A program made the translations under genes and the position numbers. This document shows, piece after piece, positions 39,082 to 46,151 of a stretch of 46,151 bases of DNA. Every line of letters starts with the position of its first letter. The stretch's first letter is position 1. Under the pieces are notes generated by a model. That model did not search any database. It was given only the letters and a program-made list of their open reading frames with translations, and had not been told where the DNA came from. This DNA comes from an uncultured Leptotrichiaceae bacterium (GTDB lineage: Bacteria; Fusobacteriota; Fusobacteriia; Fusobacteriales; Leptotrichiaceae), in the NCBI GenBank assembly GCA_938037005.1, contig CALHVR010000043.1, forward strand, positions 1 to 46,151, given 5' to 3'.

Positions 39082-39110
39082 ATTATAACAAATTTTAATA
39101 CAATTTTCAA
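39082..39110 (-). promoter_or_regulatory. glmS promoter (consensus hexamers)
   Basis: Minus strand: TTGAAA (39110..39105), a 17-nt spacer, then TATAAT (39087..39082). The predicted start site lies about 20 nt upstream of the ribozyme cleavage region. Confidence 0.65.
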
Positions 39111-39146
39111 CTTAATTCCATGTACAAATTTTTGTTTATTCTTCAA

Positions 39147-39272
39147 TTAATTTATTTTAAAAATCACTCCAATCCATATTCTATTTTTCTTTAACGATAC
39201 TTTCTTATCTATCTCATACAAAAATTCAATATATTTTTCATTTAATGTAACTAATAATATTTTTTCTCTCAT
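39147..39272 (-). pseudogene. truncated ToxN/AbiQ-like (type III TA endoribonuclease) gene, 41 codons
   Basis: ATG at 39272 preceded by AAAGGGGAAATT. Translates to MREKILLVTLNEKYIEFLYEIDKKVSLKKNRIWIGVIFKIN*. KYIEFL.E.D.KV and .IGV.FKIN match the remembered N-terminal signatures of ToxN/AbiQ (..KYIEYL.EFD.KV....FIGIVLEI..). Homologues continue for ~130 more residues. No other frame continues the similarity. Confidence 0.6.
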
Positions 39273-39294
39273 AATTTCCCCTTTTATTTTAAAA

Positions 39295-39316
39295 GCTGCC
39301 TCTTTCATGAAGCAGC
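39295..39316 (-). terminator. hairpin terminator between the repeat array and the toxin ORF
   Basis: Minus strand: GCUGCUUC-AUGAAA-GAGGCAGC (one A-C mismatch) followed by UUUUAAAAU. It occupies the position of the toxI/toxN attenuating terminator. Confidence 0.5.
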
Positions 39317-39326
39317 CTTGTTTGAT

Positions 39327-39496
39327 TTCCTATTTATCAGTAATTATTTACTGAAAAGCTAGAACTCGCTCACTCTTATTTTTTCCTATTTTATCAACAA
39401 TCTTTTGTTAAAAAGTCGGAACTTACTTTCTCTTATTCATTTCCTATTTATCAGTAATTATTTACTGAAAAGCTAGAACTCGCTCACTTTTATTTT
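39327..39496 (-). repeat. three tandem 56-58 nt direct repeats; candidate type III antitoxin RNA (toxI-like) array
   Basis: Unit A (39327..39382) and unit C (39441..39496) differ at one position. Unit B (39383..39440) is about 70% identical by eye. Every unit carries a hairpin (A/C: CAGTAA-TTAT-TTACTG; B: AACAA-TCTT-TTGTT). Confidence 0.85.
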
Positions 39497-39503
39497 CGCT
39501 ATA

Positions 39504-39532
39504 ATTTTACCATTTTTTACATTTTTTGTCTA
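39504..39532 (-). promoter_or_regulatory. promoter driving the repeat array
   Basis: Minus strand: TAGACA (39532..39527), a 17-nt spacer, then TAAAAT (39509..39504) preceded by TGg (extended -10). The predicted start site is at the first repeat unit. Confidence 0.5.
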
Positions 39533-39535
39533 CTC

Positions 39536-40342
39536 TTATTTCCCCTTAATTTCAAATTCTACCATATAAGGTACATGATCAGATAATTCATCCCACTTTT
39601 CAGATTCATCTTTTACAAAAAAGCTTTTATTAACTTTCCAATTTTTTGATTTATCTCCAAAAATATAATCAATTCTTGTGTCTTTCACATTTCTTTGTTT
39701 ATCTTTTTCAACTTCGCTATTTGAAGGGGATCCTTTTATTTCAGTATAACTATCTGTCCATTTTTTTAAATACTTTGAATAACTTTCTGAAGTTGGTAAC
39801 ATATTAAGATCTCCTGCCAAAAATTTAATATCTCCTTCAAAAATATCAGTTACAGCTAAAACTTCTTCTGTTTCTTCTGCTTTAATATTTTCTTGATAAT
39901 TCAAATGTGCATTAATTATTGTTACAGTTTTTCCAAAAACATCTTTAGATATTTGTACCCCCAGCAAATATCTTTTTTCATTCCCAACAGATGGTAATTC
40001 AAAAGTATAATATCTCTCAATTGGATATTTTGAAATTATAGATATTCCAAACTCTCCCCCATCAAAGTCTAATGTTTTTTGAAAATAATATTCATTATAA
40101 CCCAATTTATCTGCAATATCTTCCGTCACATCTCTTTTATTACTTCGTCTCGTATTTTTATCAACTTCTTGCAATACAATAAAATCCGGATTATATTTTT
40201 TTATCGTTTTTCCTAATTTTTCTCCATTCGTTAATCTCGCTCCATAAATATTATAAGTCATTATTTTGAATTCTTTTGCTTGCAACATTACTCCCATTCC
40301 TAAAAAAATGATGAAAGTCAATATTTTTTTTAAACTTTTCAT
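39536..40342 (-). CDS. secreted endonuclease/exonuclease/phosphatase (EEP) family protein
   Basis: Signal peptide MKSLKKILTFIIFLGMGVMLQA. IMTYNIYG, DFIVLQEVD, INAHL, AGDLN, RIDYIF and SDHVPY motifs of the DNase I-like EEP fold. Confidence 0.8.
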   Translation of the reverse strand: MKSLKKILTFIIFLGMGVMLQAKEFKIMTYNIYGARLTNGEKLGKTIKKYNPDFIVLQEVDKNTRRSNKRDVTEDIADKLGYNEYYFQKTLDFDGGEFGISIISKYPIERYYTFELPSVGNEKRYLLGVQISKDVFGKTVTIINAHLNYQENIKAEETEEVLAVTDIFEGDIKFLAGDLNMLPTSESYSKYLKKWTDSYTEIKGSPSNSEVEKDKQRNVKDTRIDYIFGDKSKNWKVNKSFFVKDESEKWDELSDHVPYMVEFEIKGK

Positions 40343-40389
40343 TTTTTGCTCCTAATTTACACTTTTCAACTTTTACCAATACTAATTAA

Positions 40390-41136
40390 TCATTTTCTTT
40401 TTTCAATTAAATAGTATCTTGCTCTTATTCTTAATTTCTTTATAATTTTTTTCAATCCGCTTAAATGTTTACTTTCCAAAAAAAGCCTTGCTTTTAATGA
40501 TGTCCAACTATCTGCCCACCAATGTATTCCGTAAGTGTCTTCTTTTATACATTCTTGTGAAAAAACTTCTCCCAAACCGTATGGATAAAAATATTGTTTC
40601 GGATAAAGTTTTATTTTCCCATTTTGTAGTTCATTCTCTCTTTTATTCGTTAATCCATATTTTTTCTCCATTATATACGTAAATATTTTAGGAATTGTCC
40701 AAAGAGGCTTTTCCCATATTTCTTGTTCGTAAAATTTAATGACATCAGCTAAAAATGGACTTCTTTTCTCACACCCAAAAATTCCAACACTTAAAAATTT
40801 TTCATTTTCATATCCTAAAAAAAATTTTGTTTCCTCATTTAAAAGTGGGGAAATATCTTTTATTATTTCCATATCTGTATCTAAATAAATTCCACCGTGT
40901 TCGTACATATAATGAACTCGCATATAGTCCGACACATATGCCCACAATTTTCGTTCATAACATTCTCTAAAAAATCTATTTTCTTTTAAATGTTTTTCCA
41001 TATCAAAATTTATTTCATTTATCTCAATAATTTCATAATTTTTAAGATTTTCACACCAAGAGCCGTGACACTGATAAAAAATATTCGGTTTTTTACCGTC
41101 ACCTACCCAAACGTAATGTATTTTTTTCTCTATCAT
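40390..41136 (-). CDS. glycosyltransferase, family 32-like (DXD sugar transferase)
   Basis: IHYVWVGDGKKP N-terminus and YVSDYMRVHYMYEHGGIYLDTDME (DXD) are typical of the Gly_transf_sug/GT32 family. Confidence 0.7.
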   Translation of the reverse strand: MIEKKIHYVWVGDGKKPNIFYQCHGSWCENLKNYEIIEINEINFDMEKHLKENRFFRECYERKLWAYVSDYMRVHYMYEHGGIYLDTDMEIIKDISPLLNEETKFFLGYENEKFLSVGIFGCEKRSPFLADVIKFYEQEIWEKPLWTIPKIFTYIMEKKYGLTNKRENELQNGKIKLYPKQYFYPYGLGEVFSQECIKEDTYGIHWWADSWTSLKARLFLESKHLSGLKKIIKKLRIRARYYLIEKRK

Positions 41137-42523
41137 TACTATATTTCTCCTCTATTTTTTTATACATATATGTAAAACATGTTATTAAAACATATACTCC
41201 TATCAACAATACCATATTTTTTATAAGTCCATCTCCAAAAAATGAACCTCTCGGTATATAAAATAAATTAGGTATAAAATAATAAGATGTTAACAATAAA
41301 AATCTATTTTTTACAACATTTCTTTCATATTTTATTATAATAATTCCTAAAATAATTGATATTATTATTATCCATAAATATCCTAAATCATACATTTCTG
41401 CAATATAGTTTGAACCAATCCCCTCTCCTTTTAAATAAGCTTTCGGATCTAAAGCATAAGTCAATCTATCTGCTAATGAATTTGTGTTATTTAAAGTATC
41501 AATCGATTGTGGTTTAAAGCCAAAAATTCCCTGAAATATATATGGATAATTCCCAACTCCAACAATTTTATTTTTCAAATCAATCGTATAACCTAAAACT
41601 AAATAACTCACTCCTTGTGAAAATAAAAAATTATAAATTCCATTAATTAGATCTAAACTAAATATTTTTTTACTTCTTATTGATACTAATATTTGTGAAA
41701 AAATCATTATAAACCCTATTAATTTTGCCATCGTTTTCATTTTTATTTTTATGCCATACACTTTTGTGTAATACCACATTATAAATAATAATTGTGTTAA
41801 GAAAATCGCTCTTGCACCTTTAAACGAATCTAATAATTTTACCATAAGATAAATGCTTGAAACTGTTAAAAATTTCTTTTTTGTTGGTATAGAAATTAAA
41901 AATATTAAAAATCCTATCGTCATTATTGTCCCTGATCCTTTTGTAAACCAAGGATATTCAACACTTTTTAAAATTCCAGTATAATATGCTTCATAACCTG
42001 CTTGTAAAATTATTTTCATTTGTAAAAACATTTTATATGCCAGTCCCGGAACTGAAATAAAAAACAAAAACATCCCAAAATCTGTATATATTTTATTTGT
42101 TGTTAATTTTATTTCACTATACAATTTTTCTTGTGTTTCAGTAAATATTCCAATTATAAATCCTAAATGTGTAAATAATAAAGTTATTATAAATACTATG
42201 ATAATTTCATTTCTCACATCATGATAAAAATAATAATTCGCAAATTTTGTAGCCCAACCAAATTCATGATAATTTACTATATCTAAAAATATTCGTGAAT
42301 AATTAAATAAAAATGTTGTGTATAAAAAAATCATATATGAATTTAACCAATTCAAGTATATTTTTGCTGTAGCAAAAACATAGATATAAATTACCATTAA
42401 CATTCCTTCTAAAAATTTCATTTCTTGCTGTCCATTTTTGAATGTTATTAGATTTTTTGTCAAAAATATAAACACAATAATCATCAAATGCACTATTAAA
42501 AATATTATTTTATCTTTTTTCAT
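41099..42523 (-). CDS. polytopic membrane protein, O-antigen/oligosaccharide repeat-unit polymerase (Wzy)-like
   Basis: 474 aa with at least 10 predicted TM helices. Overlaps the downstream GT32 gene by 38 nt. The family call rests on topology and context only. Confidence 0.45.
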   Translation of the reverse strand: MKKDKIIFLIVHLMIIVFIFLTKNLITFKNGQQEMKFLEGMLMVIYIYVFATAKIYLNWLNSYMIFLYTTFLFNYSRIFLDIVNYHEFGWATKFANYYFYHDVRNEIIIVFIITLLFTHLGFIIGIFTETQEKLYSEIKLTTNKIYTDFGMFLFFISVPGLAYKMFLQMKIILQAGYEAYYTGILKSVEYPWFTKGSGTIMTIGFLIFLISIPTKKKFLTVSSIYLMVKLLDSFKGARAIFLTQLLFIMWYYTKVYGIKIKMKTMAKLIGFIMIFSQILVSIRSKKIFSLDLINGIYNFLFSQGVSYLVLGYTIDLKNKIVGVGNYPYIFQGIFGFKPQSIDTLNNTNSLADRLTYALDPKAYLKGEGIGSNYIAEMYDLGYLWIIIISIILGIIIIKYERNVVKNRFLLLTSYYFIPNLFYIPRGSFFGDGLIKNMVLLIGVYVLITCFTYMYKKIEEKYSNDREKNTLRLGR

Positions 42524-42641
42524 TTTATCCTCTTAAATTTTACTTTTTAAAATCATTATACATCAAATCCTACATTATTTCTACTTTTTTTTATAGGTTA
42601 AAAATGATATAATTTATAAAAAAGTAAAATTGGAGTTAATT

Positions 42642-43583
42642 ATGAAAATATATATTTCACCCATGGCAGGAATAACAGATTATGCTTACAGACAAATAAT
42701 GTCAAAATTTAACCCCGACTTAGTTTTTGCTGAAATGGTAAACGCTCATCTTATGAATTTGGAGGATGAAACTACAATAACTCAACTTTTAAAATGCGAT
42801 AATTTTGAAAAAACTGGAGCTCAAATTTTTGGACACGATAAAGAGGAACTTGTAAATGCTTTTCTAAAAGTTGAATCACTTGGATTTAAACAAATTAATC
42901 TTAATATGGGTTGTCCTCAACCAAAAATTATAAAAAACGGCTCAGGCTCTGCTCTTTTACCAAGAACTGAATTTATGAAAGATTTAATTCATACTTTAAA
43001 ATCAAAATTAAAATCTGACACAAAACTTTCTATAAAAATTCGTGTTGGTTATAAAAATTTTCATTCTCCAGAATTTTATATTCAACTTGCTAACGAGTAT
43101 AAGCTTGATTTTATTTGTGTTCACGGTCGTACACAAGAACAAATTTATAGCGGTGTTTCTAACTGGGATTTAGTTTCAAAACTGAGTAAATTACCAAGAA
43201 ATATTGATTTTATTGGTAATGGCGATTTATTTGATCCAGAAAATATTGCTAAAAAAATTAAAGATACAAAACTTGATGGAATTATGCTTGCTCGTGGTAT
43301 CGTTGGTAATCCGTGGCTTATCGCTCAAACGAAAGAATTTTTATCTTATGGAAGTATAACTACTACTCAAACTTTTGAAAATACAAAAAATGTTTTATTA
43401 GAACATTTGACACTTTTAGAAAAAAACAAAGGAGCTGTTACTGCTTCCATGGAAATTAATAAATTTATACGCCCATATTTCAAACAATTTTCAGAAAACA
43501 CTCCAGATTTTTCTACAAAATTACGAGAAATTATATCTGAAAAAGACATTTTACAAAAATATCGGTTAATAAATTCACTTTAA
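42642..43583 (+). CDS. tRNA-dihydrouridine synthase
   Basis: MKIYISPMAGITDYAYR, INLNMGCPQPKIIKNGSGSALL, VHGRTQEQ and MLARGIVGNPWL motifs. The ATG at 42642 has GGAG 6 nt upstream. The ORF-track start is an upstream TTG. Confidence 0.9.
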   Translation: MKIYISPMAGITDYAYRQIMSKFNPDLVFAEMVNAHLMNLEDETTITQLLKCDNFEKTGAQIFGHDKEELVNAFLKVESLGFKQINLNMGCPQPKIIKNGSGSALLPRTEFMKDLIHTLKSKLKSDTKLSIKIRVGYKNFHSPEFYIQLANEYKLDFICVHGRTQEQIYSGVSNWDLVSKLSKLPRNIDFIGNGDLFDPENIAKKIKDTKLDGIMLARGIVGNPWLIAQTKEFLSYGSITTTQTFENTKNVLLEHLTLLEKNKGAVTASMEINKFIRPYFKQFSENTPDFSTKLREIISEKDILQKYRLINSL

Positions 43584-43611
43584 AATTCTATAATATCATT
43601 TTCAATAAAAA

Positions 43612-43644
43612 AGTACCAAAACTATTTTTTATAGTCTTGGTACT
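43612..43644. terminator. bidirectional rho-independent terminator (dus / NlpC-P60 gene)
   Basis: 14-bp stem AGTACCAAAACTAT / ATAGTCTTGGTACT (one mismatch) with a TTTTT loop, flanked by A-run and T-run. Confidence 0.7.
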
Positions 43645-43649
43645 ATTTT

Positions 43650-44261
43650 TTATACACTTTGTCTAGCTTTATCTACTCTCACTGCATATTTAAAATATTT
43701 ACCCCAATACTTGCTTTCAAGTGTTGAAATTACTACTCCCTGAGATGTTGAGGCATTTAAAAACAAGGAATTCCCTAAATAAACTGCTGTATGATTTACT
43801 CTTTCCTCGGGTCTAAAAAACAATATATCTCCCGGCTTTAACTCTGATCTATCAATTTTTCTACCGTGATTTGCTTGATCTATTGCAACTCTTGGCAATT
43901 CATAATTAAATACAGCACGATAAATTCTTCTCGTCAATGCCGAACAATCAATTCCTTCTACCGAATCACCACCCCAAATATATTTTGTTCCTTTCCATAT
44001 ATTAAAGGCTTTTAAAAGAGAATTTTCTAAAATTACTCTATCTATTTCTTCCATCGTTCCATTCATTAAAACTTTATTTTGTAACGCTTCAAACTCATTC
44101 ATTCTATTACGAATTATTGTATTATCTAACAATATACTTTCTTGATTTTCATTTTTGGGATAATCTTGTTGAGTTATTGTTGCTATTTGCGCTGCATTTA
44201 TATTACTACAGCTTATAACTATCAGTCCTATTATTGCTAATATTATTTTTTTATTTTTCAT
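43650..44261 (-). CDS. NlpC/P60 (C40) family cell-wall peptidase lipoprotein
   Basis: Lipoprotein signal ...LIVISC. WGGDSVEGIDCSALTRRIY (catalytic Cys) and NHTAVYLGN (His) motifs. Confidence 0.85.
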   Translation of the reverse strand: MKNKKIILAIIGLIVISCSNINAAQIATITQQDYPKNENQESILLDNTIIRNRMNEFEALQNKVLMNGTMEEIDRVILENSLLKAFNIWKGTKYIWGGDSVEGIDCSALTRRIYRAVFNYELPRVAIDQANHGRKIDRSELKPGDILFFRPEERVNHTAVYLGNSLFLNASTSQGVVISTLESKYWGKYFKYAVRVDKARQSV

Positions 44262-44318
44262 TTTTTTATACTGAAATTATATAAATAATTACAACTTTCC
44301 TTTCTAAAATTTTATTTT

Positions 44319-44765
44319 TTACTTTTTAGGTGATTCAATTATTAAAGTAATTGGTCCATCATTTATAGCCTCTATATCCATATGTTCTTGAAATTCTCCC
44401 GTTTCAAAGGGAACTCTCGTCTTTGATAGCTTTTTCAAAAATATATTATAAATTTCTCTCGCTTTATCTGCCGGAGCTGATTCCGTATAGCTTGGACGAC
44501 GACCTTTTCTAGTTTCGCCATAAATTGTAAAATTACTTACAATCATTAAACTTCCATCCACATCTTGCACAGACAAATTCATTTTTCCATCATCATCACT
44601 AAATATTCTTAAATTTATTAACTTATCAACACAATAATCTATATCTTTTTCATTATCATCGTGAGTTATTCCAACAAACGCTAATATTCCTTGTTCTATT
44701 TCACATTTATATTTTGTGTTTACAAACATCTTTGCTTCTTTAACTCTTTGAATTATTATTTTCAT
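44319..44765 (-). CDS. dtd: D-aminoacyl-tRNA deacylase
   Basis: MKIIIQRVKEAKM..., SNFTIYGETRKGRRPSYTESAPADKA and GPITLIIES motifs. The ORF-track start at 44783 adds 6 residues. Confidence 0.9.
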   Translation of the reverse strand: MKIIIQRVKEAKMFVNTKYKCEIEQGILAFVGITHDDNEKDIDYCVDKLINLRIFSDDDGKMNLSVQDVDGSLMIVSNFTIYGETRKGRRPSYTESAPADKAREIYNIFLKKLSKTRVPFETGEFQEHMDIEAINDGPITLIIESPKK

Positions 44766-44873
44766 AGTTTTTTCCCATTTCAATTTTTAATTTTAAAATT
44801 TAATTACACCATTTACACCATAATTATAATAAATCTTTTTTTATTTTTCAAGTTGTAAAAAAAATATTTTTTC

Positions 44874-44907
44874 AAAATAAAAAACTACAGTTCTTACACC
44901 GTAGTTT
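44874..44907 (-). terminator. candidate rho-independent terminator
   Basis: Minus strand: AAACUAC-(12 nt loop)-GUAGUUU followed by UUUAUUUU. Confidence 0.45.
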
Positions 44908-44913
44908 CTTCTA

Positions 44914-45339
44914 TTAATTACTTTCTATAATTTCAAAATTTTCTTCTTTTTTATTGAATTTTAATTGATAAACTTTTCTTGCTTCAATCTCAATTTCAAC
45001 TTTTTGAGGACCATAAATATTTGTAACACTCTTATGAAGTATTCCCGGTCTAGTTGATGAATAAGTAACATTTACTATTCTTTTACCCGGTTTTATGTAA
45101 ACTCCAGTTTTTGTAGTTTGATAAAAATACACTGCTGGCTCTCCATCTATGTCCAAGACTCTCATTTCTTTAGAAGTTATACCATTTGTCCCTGTATCTA
45201 AAAATAATTTTGAAGCATCAGGATTTTCTTGTAAAAATCTATCTCCATTTTTTCTATGGAAATATAATGAAACTCCCATACCTAAAGGAACTAATACTAC
45301 CATTGCAATTATGTAGTAAGCATAAATTGGTAAATTCAT
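44914..45339 (-). CDS. hypothetical single-pass membrane protein
   Basis: 141 aa. N-terminal TM helix (IYAYYIIAMVVLVPLGMGVSLYF) followed by a beta-rich soluble domain. No family recognised. Confidence 0.5.
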   Translation of the reverse strand: MNLPIYAYYIIAMVVLVPLGMGVSLYFHRKNGDRFLQENPDASKLFLDTGTNGITSKEMRVLDIDGEPAVYFYQTTKTGVYIKPGKRIVNVTYSSTRPGILHKSVTNIYGPQKVEIEIEARKVYQLKFNKKEENFEIIESN

Positions 45340-45345
45340 TCAAAT

Positions 45346-45795
45346 TCACTCTCCTTTTCTTTTAGTTTTTATTTTTATAACTCTTTGGTTATCACCAATT
45401 AAACATAAGTCCTCCAAAAGACTTTCATAATCCTTGTAACTTAATAAATCACAATCTATTTCTTCTTGTTTCCCTGCCTCATCTGTTACAATTAAACTTT
45501 TACTTCCATTCACTTCATAATATGAAAATTCATACTCATTAAAAGGAAATACTTCTTCTTTTTTCCCTTTTTCTAATATTAATTTATCATTATCAACTAT
45601 TATAGTTATTTTGTTTTGTAATATTGTTGAATATGCAAAAAATAAATATATTAATGCTAATATTATAACTCCATAAGTTGTATCTACTATAAATCTTGAT
45701 AATATAAATCCAATGAATAAGACAGCAAATAACCCCGTAATTAAACTTATAACCGTTTTAAATAATTTAGGTTTATATCGTTTCATAGAAATCAT
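45346..45795 (-). CDS. hypothetical membrane protein (two TM helices plus a small soluble domain)
   Basis: 149 aa. Two adjacent hydrophobic helices, then a ~90-aa domain. GAGGAG RBS. No family recognised. Confidence 0.5.
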   Translation of the reverse strand: MISMKRYKPKLFKTVISLITGLFAVLFIGFILSRFIVDTTYGVIILALIYLFFAYSTILQNKITIIVDNDKLILEKGKKEEVFPFNEYEFSYYEVNGSKSLIVTDEAGKQEEIDCDLLSYKDYESLLEDLCLIGDNQRVIKIKTKRKGE

Positions 45796-45931
45796 CTCCT
45801 CGTTTATATTATACCACAGATATATTATATCACAAAATTTTTAAAAATCAAAAAAAATTAAACTTTTATTAAAAATATATTTTTAAAATGATTATATTTC
45901 AAATCTGTTCATTCATTCAGATGTATTTTTG

Positions 45932-45960
45932 TTGACTTTGCGAGTATTTTAGAGTAGAAT
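45932..45960 (+). promoter_or_regulatory. promoter of the right-edge lipoprotein gene
   Basis: TTGACT (45932..45937), a 17-nt spacer, then TAGAAT (45955..45960). Confidence 0.5.
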
Positions 45961-46018
45961 AAAATTTACAAAATAAAAAGTAATCATCTAAATTATTTAA
46001 GATGAAATAGGAGGAAAA

Positions 46019-46151
46019 ATGAAAAAAATTATTATGTCATTATTTTTATGTTTACTAGCTCTTTCTTGTGGAAATAGTAACAGTCAAACAGCAAATGAAA
46101 AAGAAACTAAAACTACACAAAAAGAAACTTTAGTTACAAGTTTACCGCCTT
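46019..46151 (+). CDS. lipoprotein, N-terminal 44 codons only (possibly an ABC substrate-binding protein); runs off the right edge
   Basis: AGGAGG RBS. MKKIIMSLFLCLLALSCGNSNSQTANEKETKTTQKETLVTSLPP has a signal peptide with a Cys lipobox followed by a polar linker. Confidence 0.6.
   Translation, partial: MKKIIMSLFLCLLALSCGNSNSQTANEKETKTTQKETLVTSLPP

Noticed and set aside
39327-39496. Direct repeats considered as a CRISPR array
   Set aside because: The units are contiguous with no unique spacers. There are only three copies of 56-58 nt, one of them strongly diverged, and no cas genes are in the window. The architecture fits a type III antitoxin array instead.

Overview
AT-rich (roughly 26-30% GC by eye) chromosomal segment, most consistent with a member of the Fusobacteriales. 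The gene content and the N-terminus of a giant type Va autotransporter point that way. All but three of the called CDS are on the minus strand.

Most of the window is housekeeping:
- azlCD next to the start of a beta-eliminating lyase
- ridA, hpf, rdgB, plsC, recX-recA
- dapH-dapB behind a DUF4912 gene
- a complete F1Fo ATP synthase operon (atpBEFHAGDC) whose c subunit carries a Na+-binding signature
- mreB, frr-pyrH-tsf-rpsB
- a TPP-riboswitch-controlled ykoF/thiXYZ-like ABC operon
- a 2500-aa autotransporter, miaA, a TrmN6-like methyltransferase
- glmS with its ribozyme leader, dus, dtd, and an NlpC/P60 peptidase

Two small accessory or decayed patches stand out:
1. 39147-39532, upstream of glmS. 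It has the full architecture of a type III (ToxIN/AbiQ-like) toxin-antitoxin locus: promoter, three tandem 56-58 nt repeats with a covarying hairpin, terminator, then a ToxN/AbiQ-like ORF cut off after 41 codons.
2. 16742-19073, between the atp operon and mreB. It holds a degraded rve-type transposase, a DUF1016/YhcG nuclease gene broken by one in-frame TAG, a restriction-modification methylase C-terminal relic, and an NTF2-like ORF.

All calls come from reading the sequence and from remembered family signatures. No searches were run.
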